A DNA stretch of 62,949 nt, filler included, from Octopus bimaculoides (Eukaryota): the NCBI RefSeq assembly GCF_001194135.2. It is 8 parts of 8 records of this genome, joined end to end, with 100 filler letters (N's around TTAATTAATTAA, not from the genome) between each part and the next. Parts side by side here need not be neighbours in the genome. Positions count along the whole stretch, not along the records: positions 20,130 to 37,631 come from NC_068988.1; positions 37,732 to 48,153 come from NC_068985.1; 6 more parts are not named here. The stretch is one strand, 5' to 3'. Below are positions 23,782-38,628 of this stretch, piece by piece (the first letter of the stretch is position 1; the number at the start of each line of letters is the position of its first letter). The notes below the pieces were generated by a model. That model did not search any database and had not been told where the DNA came from. It saw only the letters and a program-made list of their open reading frames with translations. Both the position numbers and the translations under genes were made by a program.

Positions 23782-24160
23782 CGTGGCACTCCGTCGTTTA
23801 CGACGACGAGGGTTCTAGCTGATCCGATCAATGGAACAGCCATCTCGTGACATTTACGCGCAAGTGTCCGATCACTTCACAGATACCAGTACCCTTAAAG
23901 TAGTTCTCGAGGAGATTCAACGTGACGCAGACTGTGGCAACTCTGGCCCTTTGAACTACAGGTACAAGAGGAACAAAGAATGAGAGAAAGTTGTGGTGAA
24001 AGAGTAGAGCAGGGTTCGCCACCAGCCCCTGCCAGAACTTCGTGGATCTTTAAGTATTTTCGCTCAATAAACACTCACAACTTCCAGTCTGGGAATCGAA
24101 ACCACGATCCTACGACTGTGAATCTGCTGCCCTAACCACAGGGCTACTGCGCCTCTACTC
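23782..24160 (-). mobile_element. SINE family C, full length
   Basis: Colinear with 19311-19679. Imperfect TSD TGAAGC(G/A)AT at 23773 and 24161. Confidence 0.85.
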
Positions 24161-27100
24161 TGAAGCAATACATGTGCCATACATATACTTTAAACCTAAA
24201 ATAGCCAATACAAGATCTAAACCTGAAGATGGCAAACAAAACTGTTACAAACAAGTGTATCATCAACTTAAACAAATTAATATTGCCAATAATAATTGTA
24301 GTTATGGAGAAGTTTACTTCTAATCTAGTATATGATTACCTAAATTCTTGCATCTAATATGAAATATAAGATATACAGAATAAAACAAGAAAACATAAGG
24401 AAGTATATCTTAAGACTGAACGAAATTCATAACGGACCATCAATCTTGTAAAGTAGGAAATGCGCGTTATATGAAAATTTGAAAGAAGAAATACAGAAAA
24501 TAAAATCCGTACACGAAAACAAACAAAAACAGAACATCTCTAGCAAGGGATGCTTTGAGAAAGATTACGAACAGTTCGAATCTGGCTCAATACGATCTCC
24601 TGAAAAACAAGCTGAAGATGAAATAATAACCAAATACAGCAAACGATGCAAGATATTAGTAGGCATCATGGTGAGGAGTGTTGACAGAAAAAAGAATCCG
24701 TCATGATAACATTTTATAAAAATAAACATGTTGATTTCAAATTCTAACACAAATATAGCAATTCCAGAGGAGGAGGTAAGTCGATTGCATCGATAACAGT
24801 GCTCAAGTGGTAGTTATTTTATCGATTCCGAAAGGATAAAAGACAAAGTCAGTCTCGGCGGAATGAACACAGAACGTAAATGCGGATGCAATGCCGTTGA
24901 GCATTTTGCCCAACGTGCAAACGATTCTCTGACATTACAAAGTGAAGATTCCAGAATATCTTAATATTCCAAACGTCTTAAAATATTATGTTTAAATAAA
25001 GAAACGTGTGGTGATAGATATTTAACAAAAGTAAAAACAAAATTTAAAATATATAGAGTAGTTTGCAACATTTGAGTAGTTCATCGTGAATAAAACCATC
25101 TTAAACTTTTAACCTAGAAAAACGGCAAATTCCACAACTGTATTCGTACAAATTCTTAAAAGCGTTCATAATAATAAATATAACTATATGATAAAAATTC
25201 CGCCATAACGCAATATATATATAAACAAATACTTTCCATATCTTTAGTGGGAGGAGTGTAGTCAAAGCTAATAAAGCTGTAAGCAACATTTACTGACTCA
25301 GTTAAATGTAGCCGAAGAGTTTAGAAGGAAAAAAAAGATGGCCACATCCGATTATAAATTCATTTCACACGCATATTTAAAAGAAATTAGTTACTATTCA
25401 TTTAGCGTTGGTGGTAACAGAATAAGTTGAAGACGTCATAAGTAAAGGACAGGTAATTATACTTATACGAAGAGGGAATTGTGCAAGCTAACACCATTCC
25501 TGTTGGAAAAGTATATCCCAAGATAACCTCCTCCCTCCCGTCCGTGTTTCCTGCCCAACAGTTTAAATCGACAATTTAAACAGATCTAAGTCGTTAATAA
25601 AGATTGTAGCTCGAATATGAAACAACTGTTGTATTGGGGTGGCATCAACTAGTGACAGACTACTACAAAAAATCGGAAGAGAGGACATAAGTGTGTTAAA
25701 CAAAATGCTTTGGCATTCTGATAATAAAACTACAACGATAGGTAACGTAAAGAAAGGAACGTATGCGAGGGGTTACTGAAAATGTCATAGCTCTAAGGGT
25801 ATGGCGAGATGTCTGACTGGAGGCCAAACCTTCCGAGTTCTTTTACAGGGCTTAGAAAAACTGAAGGACCGCTGCAATATGTATGTGAATCTGAGGGGAA
25901 TATGTTGAATAAAATCATTATTGACTGACCTTCCTGTATTTTCTTTTACGCAAAGATAGGAATTTTTCAGCACCTCCTCGTATTATGAAATCTAATATCA
26001 AACAAGATAAACGGAAAGAAATAAGAGAATTACACCAAATACGGACTTACAAATATTTAGCGGTCAATGAACCAGATAGAGCGCCAACCTAACACAAAGA
26101 CTCTCACAGAAAATCTGTTAGGAAAAAATATTATTGATTCAATTGAAATAACATTTGAAACAGCTAGGGCTAGAAACAGTATAAAAAAGAATATCTGCAT
26201 CGATATTGCAGCTTTCCCTTAATATATCATAACGATAATATCCTGAACTAGATGCTAAGTTAATTAGGAAGAATAAAGCAGAAGATATAAGAAATATATT
26301 TACTGAAACGGAATTGGAAACGTGATATAGATTATATTTGCAATGATACCAAGAAAGATATGGCTTATACAACTGAAAAGTTTTTATAAAATATCCAGTC
26401 CGACTACAAAAATATCTAGTAAAGTACAATGAAAAACTAATAAACATAGCTAGAAACCCGAACAGAATAAAAAAATGTCTTCTGTTTTCAAATAGACCAG
26501 CAAATACAAAGCAAAAACGAATTTTCAGACGTTTGTGAAACGAAAATAGGAGACACTAACGATTTTTTGAGAAATATGATAGGAACTAAGATAAAATGGT
26601 GCTGCATAAGTTTAAGATACAGTGATGCAATGGGTAAATTCTTCATAGCCAATAATTGGTAAGAGGACAGGAAAAATGAATGAGGTAGCAGTTGTTGAGA
26701 AGGGCGGGACAAGAGACTAAGACTGAAAGATGATTAACAGCATTGGATTCTTCGTACCAAAATTTACCAAAATGGCGCAAAATATATTGTTACTGTGGAT
26801 AGCGGTAAGACATGGTTAGCTCCTTTGTCACTGGCAGTTCAGGCTTGTTCATTTACCATTGAAAAAGATGGAAAAGAAATTATGGTTATGCCGGCACAAG
26901 AAATTATCGACATTAAAGATAGTAAATCGTTATATGCACCGCACACAGTGAAAATCGAAACGATAGTTTGTATATTTATTTCTTAATTCTGGCAGATTCA
27001 AAAGAAAATATGTCAATCGCTTTTGTGACCGTCACATGACAACAACTTACGATGGTAATATGTTCACAACACACTTATTTCATTGGTACAAGTGATCCTG

Positions 27101-27659
27101 GGACGCATGGAATACATTGTATGGAAAATACCTGATAAGGTGCTTAAAGAAAGTACATTGACACAAATAACGAAACAAACATCGCAGATCCCTTCACCAA
27201 TTGAATGGAATTACATCTTAATCACGATATCGATTTCAACATTTCATAATTTATCTTTAAAAGAGAAAACGGAGTAGTTATTCAAAAATATATATCTGGA
27301 TATAGATACTAACTGATGTAGAGGATTGAAGACAAAAGAATTACCTATAAGAAGTACATTTGGAATGAAAAAAAAAACGCGATAAAATGATTAGACAAAC
27401 TTTTGCTCATAACTACATACACAGCATTTTTGGAGTTACAGAGAGCGCATGCACGTATCTAGATTACTTACAACAGAACATGTCGGCGTCTCAAATTGAA
27501 TCATTTTTATATATCAAAGTATACATTTGCATTTGAATGCAGAGAAACATTGCAATAATGAGTAAAATATTTACTACTACTATCTAAACTACATATGTTT
27601 TATATTTCTAAAATGATTTTTAACTCTTCTAAATCATTCCCAGAACTTATTCTTTCTAA

Positions 27660-27948
27660 GCTTAGTATTTATTATGTCGGTCTCTTTTGCAAAACCGCTA
27701 AGTTTCGAGGACGTAAACTCACCAACATCGGTTGTCAAGCGATGGTGGGTGGGGGACAAACACAGACATACATATATACATATATATATACAGTACAGGC
27801 TCTTTCAGTTTCCGTCTACCAAATCCAGTCACAAGAATTTGGCCTCCCGAGGCTATAGTAGTAGACACTTGACCAAGGTGCCACGCAGTGGTACTGAACC
27901 CGGAACAATGTGGTTGGGAAGCTTCTTACCACAGAGCCATGCCTGCAC
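27660..27948 (-). mobile_element. SINE family A, 3'-truncated
   Basis: Reverse complement of the head and body. Confidence 0.8.
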
Positions 27949-28446
27949 TTAATGATATATAATGATATATATTTATGTATGGTAATTTTTACGTATTGTG
28001 TTGAGTTAAAAGTGTTGCAATATTTTAGTGACTTATTTACATTACTTGCCAAGTTACAATAGAAATAGCCTAGTATTCAATGTAGAGAATATCTACTGTT
28101 TCCACGTCGCAGTTCGAACTCTTAAAGGGTAAGTTCCAGAATTAAATTAAGTCACGTTCATTTGCGAGAATTTCTAATCACATACGAATTGAAGCAGTAC
28201 ACATGACAGCGCACCAATTACCACGATATCACGAATCTTAGCGAGTGATTTCTACCTCTTGAACTGATTCGGTCACGTGATAAACACGTCACAAATACAC
28301 ACGTACGGAAATATTGTAAAAATTTTAACTTGCCTCAATATTTTGTCGTGTTTCTAATTGATATTACTATCCAATATAATTATCAACTGATTAATAATAT
28401 AAATTCGATAATAAAAATTCTGTATAACGGCACAATTGACATAAGG

Positions 28447-28493
<47 letters not shown>

Positions 28494-31049
28494 CACATGC
28501 TCACGCATACATATATATGCATATACCAATACATATACATATAAATACAAATATATTGCACACAAATATATACAGACACAATAAAGAATTGGAGTAAGAG
28601 CCCTCCACAAGAGCTAGCTTAAAAGCTTCACTATATAACGTACCTTTTAACCCCTCATTACACCTTTAAGTTTTTTTTTTTACTTGAACATTGTCGTCCA
28701 GTGATCGAAACATTATAAATAAGATTAAATAATCTAATCTCTTGAAGTTAGTTTAGAGTATCTGATTCTTATTCCCTATTTGGTTTTCTTAATCCCACTA
28801 CAATTTCTACCCTAGACATCTCTCCGCTCTTGTCACCCTAATATTTTCCATGTATAAACTTCTAGCTAGAGTAAGCCTATCATTGTTAGGTTGGAGCTAG
28901 CCAGGTATGAAGTGGTATATAATATTGATTATTGGAAAGTTTTAAAGATGTGGAATTCGTGTATATTCAACTGAAAAGAAAAAAACAGTTCGTTTTGCAT
29001 GATCTAATAACTCTATTCATCAGTAAAGATCTCGTTTGAAACAGCTGTAGTGAATGAAATTATTCCAATCTGCTGTTATTTAATAACATTACTGCTCACA
29101 AAAGCATCCTGGAGAACAATTCAATGCATAAAGAATGATTTCATTTAGAACTAGATAAAAACAAAGGAGAAATCAATACATAACCAAAAAAGGGAAATAG
29201 AATGATAATGAAATGAAGTTTGAACAGTGTAGTTGATCAGCAAAGCAGAGAAGAAACTGAAGTAGTGAAACTTATATTCTCCACAAATTATTGCCTAAGA
29301 TATATTATGAAATAAATAAACCTAAATCACCGATTTTAAATATATTTAAAGCACACAAATAAGTAAAGAAGCGGGATTAATAAAAATAAACGCATTTCTA
29401 TTTGAGGAGCAATGTTTCAAGGTTACACTTTCTCTATCCTCTTTCATTCTACATTTATATGATTACATATTCAAATAGACTACATTAAGACCAAATGCAA
29501 AGGCAATATATTTGAGCATTTTCTCTATATTGAATCTTTATACTGTAGGGGGAATGATTGTAAAACACTAGTACAAACAGTATACATTCTGACATAAAAT
29601 GGATATATATATAAATGTAGATGAGCAAAATTCGCCAAAGCAGGAGAATTCGTCAAAGAAATAACAATAAAGTTACCAAGTATAGACACGCACATATTTA
29701 GGAATTAATGGATAATACATAACAGAGTAAAATTAAATATACATTAGATGAATGCATAAATTATATCTAATCGCGCAGAAATCTAAGTTAATTGGTTTGA
29801 TTGCAACGGCTGACTCATTAGAAAACTATATTTATCATATTATCAACCGATACCGAGTGAATTATCAACACATTGTAAAAGAGCAAGAAAAATAATGACG
29901 GTGTTTTGAATACACCTGCCAGAAAATACTATTCCGATATAATATTTACCGGGAATTAATTGTAGAGACAAACGGAAATTAGTAAACTATTATAACATAT
30001 CTACTGTTAGGTTAAAAAAAAACAACTTTTGAAAGTTTAAGAGAATGTTAGGGAGAATAGTTACTAACGTGAAAATAACGAAAATGTTTATTGTGATGAA
30101 AAGACAAATTGAAATAAAAACATACTTTAATTTGACAAATAGTTGTATTCAGAAAAGAAACCCACATACCATGTGAAAGAAACAAAGCTACAATGATTGT
30201 AATATTAATATTCACATTACGTTAGAGGACTGAACTAATGACAACTAGATTAAGAACGTTCTCAGTGCAGTTTAAGAAGTGCAAAACATGAAGACGAGTA
30301 TGAAGATAATGTATTGCAACACATTTCCAATGCATATTAATTACAAGCTACCAAAACACGAACAGTAGGAGTAGAAAATGTGGGTATTAGGAGAAAACGA
30401 TTAGCCGCGTTGTCTCTTGCTGCCCAGTCTCCATTAAAACTAAAACGATACAAAGTTGTGCCGAACCGCACTGGTGCTTTGATACACTTGAGTCGATACT
30501 ATCGTTATGAAATACATTCAGTTAACAAATGGTATAACCCACACAAGCGCTATGATGCCTTACATTAACAACGCACTAATAATTTAGAATATAATGAGAA
30601 TTGTCAGTCAGATGCAAGTGATGAAAAAATCAACTTGATATTTTTATCAAATTCCTTCAGTAAAAGAAGCACCTTCTTATCGATGTATCAATCATGAAAT
30701 ACGATAAGGTTACATAAAAATTAATGACTAAATTATCCGTAAAAATATCTGCAATTAGAGATAACTAGAATGCTGAGACCGAAAAGAGAAACAATCCCTA
30801 TAAAAGTGCATTGATGCAGAAAAATACAAAACATTATGGGTTACAACTAACATAACAGTTAAACTGAATGAGTTACGCATATACACAACATGTACGAAAT
30901 AACAACAGAACAACAGTTCAGAAATATTAAGTAGAGGAGTCTAAATACAGGACAAAAGTCGAAAAAAACAATCCTCAAAATAATACAATGAGCTGTTTAG
31001 GCGACAGTATGGAATATGAATAGATTTACTTGTGAGTTTGTGCTTTTAC

Positions 31050-31440
31050 ATTTTAGCACAAGGTCAGCAGTTTGAGAAGAGGACGTAAGTCCATTACATC
31101 GACGTCATTGTTTAACTGGTACTCATTTTATCGACTCCGAAAGGATGAGAGGCAAAGGTGATCTCGGTGGTATTTGAATTCGATTTCGTTCACCGTACTA
31201 ACGATTTAGGTAGCTCGCCGCCTTCGTTTCTTGTGTTAAAATGGTTTCAAACTTTGGCACAATGTCAGCAAGCTCGGGGTTGGGGATTTGTTAACTAAAT
31301 TCACCACTGTACTCAACTTGTACTTATGTTATCGACCCCGAAATGCTAAAAGATAAAGTTGACCTCGGCAGAACTTGAACTCAGAACGTAAAGATGGACG
31401 AAATACCGCTAAGCATTTTGCGTGGTGTGCTAACCATATT
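31050..31440 (-). mobile_element. Cluster of decayed SINE family D pieces
   Basis: Two copies of tatcgac..cgaaa..atg..aggcaaag..gacctcgg...tttgaactcagaacg-like sequence. Confidence 0.6.
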
Positions 31441-31623
31441 TAATAGGTAAAAGGCTCGACATATAGGCGATGATAGAGCTAATTCATTATTTCCAGTACA
31501 AGCCATTCAAATTTGTATAAAAGATAGCTCGAATGTCTCTCTGTCTCTCTCTGTCTCTCTCTGTCTTTATCTGTCTCTATCTGTCTGTCTGTCTGTCTGT
31601 CTGTATGTCTCTCTCTCTCCCCC

Positions 31624-31669
<46 letters not shown>

Positions 31670-31937
31670 TGTGTGTTGTGTGTGGGTGTTGACCATAGCC
31701 TCCTGAGTCCCTGTGAAGCCAGGACTAAGTAAAATATAACTAAAACCAATAATCAATACAATAAGTTCACTACTATTCCAAGGACAGCTATATCTTTAAA
31801 AAAGCACCACGGAAAAATATGTACGTCACCTTAATGTCAACTTAAATTAAGGTGGAGTGTTTGCAAAGGTCTAAATTCATAGTTATTTCTTATATACCTT
31901 TTGGTTGAGAATCATAGCTAATGCAGTCTTGCACAAA

Positions 31938-32027
31938 TTGTCGAGAGGAAGAGAGTTGTCGAGAAGGAAAGAGTTGTCGAGAAGTAGAGAGTTGTCGAGA
32001 AGAAGAGAGTTGTCGAGAGGTAGAAAG
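31938..32027 (+). repeat. 18-bp minisatellite, five units
   Basis: Unit TTGTCGAGA(A/G)G(G/T/A)A(A/G)A(G/A)AG starting at 31938, 31956, 31974, 31992 and 32010. Confidence 0.9.
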
Positions 32028-33319
32028 ACGACGACTTGATAGAGCTGCGTAATACATCTTTTTGAAATCCCAGTTTTCTCGATTTAAAACGAGAACATTT
32101 TGGATTTAAGAAAAAGTAGTGTAGAATATTTGCAAACAAGTCGGATGGTCAAAATCGGAGCACTTTTGATAACAGTTCTGCTCAATCGGAGATGATTTGA
32201 GATTAAACAACCAACAACAACAGCAGGCAATTTCCTCGCTTTTTGTCTAATCAATTCTTTCGTGGCTTTTTCATGGATTATTGACACCACACGTGTTTCA
32301 TTATCATTCTGCCACAACATTGTCACTTCACAACACCACAACACTTGAATGCCACGATGATTTCCAAACATAAAGCAGCTGCGCTCTAAACACCACAGCT
32401 ATCAATAATTTCCTTTGCCTAATATTTCCATATATTGCATTACTTTCAATGCATACATACGTCCAATTGTCACATTAATGTTGATTTTAATGTCTTAAAT
32501 CTACTGGTATTTCTCTAGCAAAAGCTGTTGCTTGGTATTCCCATTAATATTTCCATTAATTGGCAATCCCTTCAAACAGAAACTATTTTTGAGAGAGACT
32601 CAGTGCGTACTTTTGAAATTCGAAACGAAAGCTGAAACATCTAATTTCACTGTTGATTGCTTCCATGAAGATCATTCATACGTGAAATTCCACATCGATG
32701 TTATAATATTGAATTTTCCACCTGGAAAAATATAATCTCTTTTATATAATTTCATTTCCTTTCATTTTATATTTTTTGCCTTGTTCTTTCAACTCATAAC
32801 TAATATTTTGTTATACTGCCCCATCATACTTTTCAAATACTAAGCCACTTACCCTGTTTATTAGGTTAAATATAAAATTAAACCATATACGCTGTAACAC
32901 AATTTTAAAAAATAAACAAAGTTCGTTTTATTTATTAGAACGACAACAAAGCATAAAGAAAATTCAAAAATCAATAAATATTTTATTCGAGGCCATTAGA
33001 CTCTAGGTAATATTATTTTATACAAAACATGTTTCCTTGCAAAATATTGTCGTTCATTAATAATTCCATTCAAATTTTGGTTTAGTTCTCGTTGCCATGC
33101 AAACATTTTAAATTCTTTATGATAGCAAATTATTCTATATATTTTTTCAACTGAAACCTGTAACGAACAGAAATCGAAGCGAAACCAGATAGTATAATGT
33201 GTGGTATTCGCCGTTCTGCACTGTACTAAAACTTACCAAAACGTCTGTAATCGTGAAGTTTCATAAGTTGTTGATATTGTTATTGTTGTTATAGTATTTG
33301 ATGTTGTGGCTGTTGTTGC

Positions 33320-33342
33320 TATTATCATCATCATCATCATCA

Positions 33343-33403
<61 letters not shown>

Positions 33404-33411
33404 CGCCATCT

Positions 33412-33490
<79 letters not shown>
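33320..33490. repeat. (ATC)n/(ATT)n microsatellite
   Basis: Read directly from the sequence. Source of the poly-I/L/S ORFs. Confidence 0.95.
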
Positions 33491-34125
33491 TCCTTCGTAA
33501 TATAGTGTAGGTAGAAATGCACCGGAGTCACAACATGGAATCCAGGCAGATAATACTTTCCTTAAGATGTGCGCTGTACCCAACAAGGCAGCATTTTGCA
33601 AGACGTCAATCTAGCATGGGATTTCCAGTTGCCTTCCTAAGTTTTGAAGCTTCAACAGGATTGAGCCCAATGGTCCGATCACCACTGGTATCACATTTAC
33701 ATTACTCTCTCGCATTCCATTCAGACTTGCCATTTCCGCTTTCAATTCGAAGTACTTGATAATTTCAAACTCTTTATTCACAACATTCATGTCATTTGGT
33801 ATGGCTATATCAATGATATGACAGTATTTGTGTTTGTTATTCAATATGACAATATGCGGCCGACGGTGTTCGATTAGATGCTCCATCTTAAAACCATAGT
33901 CCAAGACTATCGTTACTTTTCTACTATCCTGCATAAACTTGGTACGTGCTCATACCAGTTCTCGCTTACTTCATTTTGGTATTTACGGCATAAGAAGATA
34001 CACACATAATTTATCGTGGCTGTGCTTGTATTCTTTTTGTGCAAGGCCACTTACCAAGGCTACTTACCAAGTGGGTCCCATTTCCCACACTCTTTCCACA
34101 GAGTCTGCATTTCTGGGTGTCAGAA
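33490..34125 (-). mobile_element. R4/Dong-type non-LTR retrotransposon 3' end (zinc knuckle plus restriction-like endonuclease)
   Basis: KCRLCGK..THLVS..LAQKEYKHSHD, NWYEHVP, IEHRRPHIVI..CHIIDIAIPNDMNVVNKE, NVIPVVIGPLG, QNAALLGTAHILRKVL. A short 3' UTR runs into (TAA)n. Confidence 0.9.
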
Positions 34126-34132
34126 AATTTGT

Positions 34133-34187
<55 letters not shown>

Positions 34188-34199
34188 TATACATACACG

Positions 34200-34322
34200 A
34201 CGGCTTTTTTTTCAGTCTCCGAGGATATAGCAGAAGACATTTACCTAAGGTCCCACGCAGTGAGACTCAACCCACAACCATGTAGTTGAGAAGCAAGCTT
34301 TTTACTACACAGCCACGCCTGT
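34200..34322 (-). mobile_element. SINE family A, 5' part
   Basis: Reverse complement of the head. Confidence 0.7.
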
Positions 34323-35991
34323 TTTGTCTTTATTATTTTTATTCTTTGGTACTACACATATAAAGAGGACTGGAGTTGTGAGGTGTTACAACGATCAGTG
34401 TTTTCATGGAGACATTATCTCTAGTGATTTTCCAGCTAAGGCTAAACACGCCCTGTTCCCTCTGAGTTAGATTTACCCTTATGGAAACGTTGTCTGCTCT
34501 TTTTGTTTTTGGTGAATTCACTGTCTTCTGACCTAGCAGTAGGCTGACCCTACAAATTGACGGGATAGAAACTGAAACGGAACCCTTCTTATATATGTGT
34601 AGTGGAAGTGATGGTGTGTGCTTGTATGTGTGTGACTGAGTGTGTCTATCCATGTTTACCCATACCGCTGCTTTGTTTACTTCCTCGTTTCCATAAACAA
34701 AAGCAATAGAAACAACAGTCTTCAAACTTAAATCCTAAAGTACTGGTGACGAGTGATGGCCTAGATCCTTCAAAGTGGTACTCCAGCATGACCACAGTCT
34801 AGGGGCTGAAACCTGTAAAAGAGTAACAGTAGGAAAGAGTATAAAAGTTAACTATTGAAAAGGAAAACATGTATTTAATTAAGATTCAACATATATTGCT
34901 ATATTTACAATAGTCCAGACTTAGACACGGAAGGCAAAGTAAAGAGACAGCTCGTTAGGGGCTACAATGCTGACATGATCTCTAAGGTAATGTAAACTAT
35001 TATCTCTGGAGATATCAAAACACTCTCTCTTTTACAAACGATTAAAAAGGAAATTAGATTATTTTTATGTTTCATAGGAGATATCTATTTAATAATGTCA
35101 GTTTCAGAGTGTTTGCAATTATTTGCATCAAATATTTTCTGCATATATCCAATGAAAAGTAGTACAGTGAAAATTCATGTTTACACCAAACACATTTAAA
35201 ATTGTATGTGAATATTATATTTGATTTCTCTTAAATATGTACACTTCGGTGAATGCAAACTACAAAATTTAGATTATCGAACAGTGTGCAAGAAGCAAGT
35301 GTGTTAAAATAAAGCGGACAGAATTTTCGTACCGCATGTATTCGTAACAAACAATTATATACTTTATGCATTTATATATGTTCTTCAAGTGTCATATGTC
35401 ATTTAATGGTGGCTGTGTATGCGGGCAGTATATTATATCAGTAACATCATGATATACCATTTTTTTTATTTGCTGTCAACTTCCTTCCGCATATAGATAA
35501 AGGAAATGATGGCCTTCTACCGTGAAATACTAGTAAATTATCTGCTAATTTTAAATAGTAAATGAGGCACCTGAACACAGGAGGATAGGTCATTCTGCAT
35601 ACACAAACTCACCACACACACGCACGCACACACACACACGCGCAAAAGCACACACACACAAAACTACATGTATATAAATGAATGTGAGTACATGTATGTG
35701 TCAGTGCACACATATTTCCCGTTTATGTCTATGCTGAAATATGTACTGCATTTAATGGTATAACTACTAGTGTAGATATCATCAACCAAAACTCTAAAAG
35801 TGTTATCTCAGCAGGGACTTAATTTCTTTGCTAGAACCAGATTATATAGAAGAATAACAGCAGAAAGATATGTAACCACGTGTGTATGCATGTATCTCTG
35901 TATGTATGCACGTATGTATGTATATATATAAGCATGTCACTGCTAGTTTACTTATCTATTTATCTATTCATGTATATGTATGTGTGTATGC

Positions 35992-36106
<115 letters not shown>

Positions 36107-36873
36107 TGCAGCTAAAATTAAAGTTTGAATATCAAAACTTATTTTGTCATTGTTTACAAATAACACTATACTTATTTATTTAGAATTTGGCTAATTTACT
36201 ACCTTAAATACAGAAAAAAGAGGCTAATTAGCTGCAGTCATATGACAAAATTAAGTAAGACAATAAAAAAAAACTATGGCATTTTAAACCCGAACAACGC
36301 CTAATATCTCTGCAAATATCTAATAAAGCCATGTCACACTTACAATAAGGACTTACATTTTTTCGATAGCATTGAAAGCGATTCCTTCAATTTCTGTTAT
36401 CGTTACTGAGCTGTTCTTTTATCGTGCTTAAAACTATAATAGCAACGTCGAAGTGACCCATATACGTCAACGATATCTTTTACCTTTCAAAGAGACGGAC
36501 GCTACTATCTTATTTATGAGACTGTGGGGGAAAACATTTATGTATTCGAATATATAAGTGAATAAGGATTAAATTTAAAAACTTTAAAATAACTGAAATT
36601 GTTAAATCTTTGGCATTAAAAATAACTAAATAGTCTTAAAGTGTCAGTGGTAACCTTGGTATAGAGCGTGAATGTTTTTTGTTTTTCTGCAAGAAGCATT
36701 ACAACAGCGTTATTTACTGATTTTCGACCATTGTTTAAAAAAAAAATCATTTCTATTTCTTGGTTGTTATGCAAGTGGTTGCTCTGCGCACATACATGCA
36801 CACACATAAACACGGACACACACACATATACACACACAAAACAAACACTCACAAAAACGCGCTTATACATACA

Positions 36874-36904
<31 letters not shown>

Positions 36905-37731
36905 GCTCTTACTTCTTTGTAGAAGAGCTCTCATATTTTGAAACATGTGTAGGAATTAAAGGAACTTTTATTTATATGCGTTTTCGTCCATTTATTACTA
37001 TTATTCATATATATATATATATATTCTTCCTTAAACACATCTTCGTATATTCATAATTAACATATATAACTAAATCTGAATGCGATTTAAACGCTGTTCA
37101 TCTTAATATCAGAGTCACATCAGATGTCGTTAACATGTTGCTTTTGCGAGTGACGCACAGCTAAAAAGTTTCGGTTCTCCATATACTGAAACATGCCCAC
37201 ATATCTGTGTATGCTTCTGCGCATGTCCGTGTATTCAGATAGTTTAAAATATGTATTTCTCCATATATCTATACTATATATAAAACAGAGATGTGTGTGT
37301 AATCGCTTATCACGTGAAAACGACTTCACTATTTACTTCCATACTTGTGATACATGAATAATTTGACCTCGGATAAATCTTAGGCTCTTCATTTGATTTT
37401 TTTTATTAAGATAAATAATATTGCTTTATATGTAAAATTCACTTCTTTAAAAATGTTCCTCAATGTCAACTTCCGGTAGCCATAGTTTTTTCTTCACTTT
37501 AACTTCAATCGTTACTGTTCACACTAAATGTTTACTCACATTTACTGATGTAAGTAATTTCATCATTTACTAACAGAAGTACGGTTTCGTGTTTCCCTGT
37601 TGCTGAGTTTTTTTTTCTGGTACCTTCGATANNNNNNNNNNNNNNNNNNNNNNNNNNNNNNNNNNNNNNNNNNNNTTAATTAATTAANNNNNNNNNNNNN
37701 NNNNNNNNNNNNNNNNNNNNNNNNNNNNNNN

Positions 37732-37788
<57 letters not shown>

Positions 37789-38025
37789 CACATATATATA
37801 TATTGTGTTTGTGCCTCAACGTGTCTGTGAAGAGATTTTCTCTCAGACGAAATCCACAACATGATACTTTCCAATACTGAATGTAAAATTTAGTGCCCTA
37901 CAAAAACGACGATACAAAAGTCAGTACTTTCACCACAAATGTATAAAGGAGCTGACAACTCCCATAAGAACGGCGTTATCTTCTTTACCATGACATGACA
38001 AAACCACCAACAATAAGCATTAGGT

Positions 38026-38315
38026 AAGTTGTTCTCAACCGGGGTTCATATGGCCGTTGCCGGTCCCTATGAGATTTTGTTGATAATATCTATGGGCAAT
38101 AACCTGGTTATACTTTTACAGTACACAAAATATTATTAGTATTATTATAATGGTTAACAAAGGCAGCAGCTACTAAATTTATTTTATGCAATTCCTATAA
38201 ATATCTAATTATAGAATTATAAGAGAGTTTTAAAACATGGAATGATTATGAGGGTCCGCCCAAGTGAAATAATAACCAAAAATGGTCCATAGATAGAAAT
38301 GGTTGAGTACTACCA
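38026..38315. mobile_element. hAT (Charlie-like) MITE, decayed
   Basis: Ends AAGTTGTTCTCAACC and GGTTGAGTACTACC resemble CAGTGGTTCTCAACC and GGTTGAGAACCACTG. No 8-bp TSD was recognised. Confidence 0.45.
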
Positions 38316-38460
38316 GTGCATTCCATTATTCTTGCAAATAGTCGTAGAGACAATTTAAAGCTTGTTCAATATGTCTTGTAGAGTAAATATATCGTTAAAT
38401 TTAACTGCAATTCTTGCATATTGGAACAGGTAAACCATGTATCTGGCTACTGAATTGTAC

Positions 38461-38568
38461 ACATGCCTGTGGAGTGCTCAGTCACTAACACGTTAAATTC
38501 ACAAGCAGGCTGTTCCGTTGATCGGATCAACTGCAACCTTCGTCGTTGCAACCGACGGAGTGCCACGA
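38461..38568 (+). mobile_element. 3' tail of SINE family B/C
   Basis: gtggagtgctcag...gttgatcggatcaact...aaccgacggagtgcca. Confidence 0.75.

Positions 38569-38628
<60 letters not shown>

Noticed and set aside
28130-28320. Promoter-like cluster (CCAAT, CACGTG) and GTCACGTGAC near 48351
   Set aside because: Short motifs are expected by chance in 63 kb, and there is no associated transcription start or gene.
24260-30600. Possible ancient L1/Tx1 LINE remains (SISQDNL, NLNRSKS, KRLAALSL..VPNRT)
   Set aside because: The motif matches are scattered and could be chance. A translated HMM search is needed.
31938-32027. 18-bp repeats as a CRISPR-like array
   Set aside because: The units are contiguous with no spacers, in a eukaryotic context with no cas genes. 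This is a minisatellite.
32084-32400. Possible Merlin or piggyBac transposase fragment
   Set aside because: No catalytic motif or TIR could be aligned.
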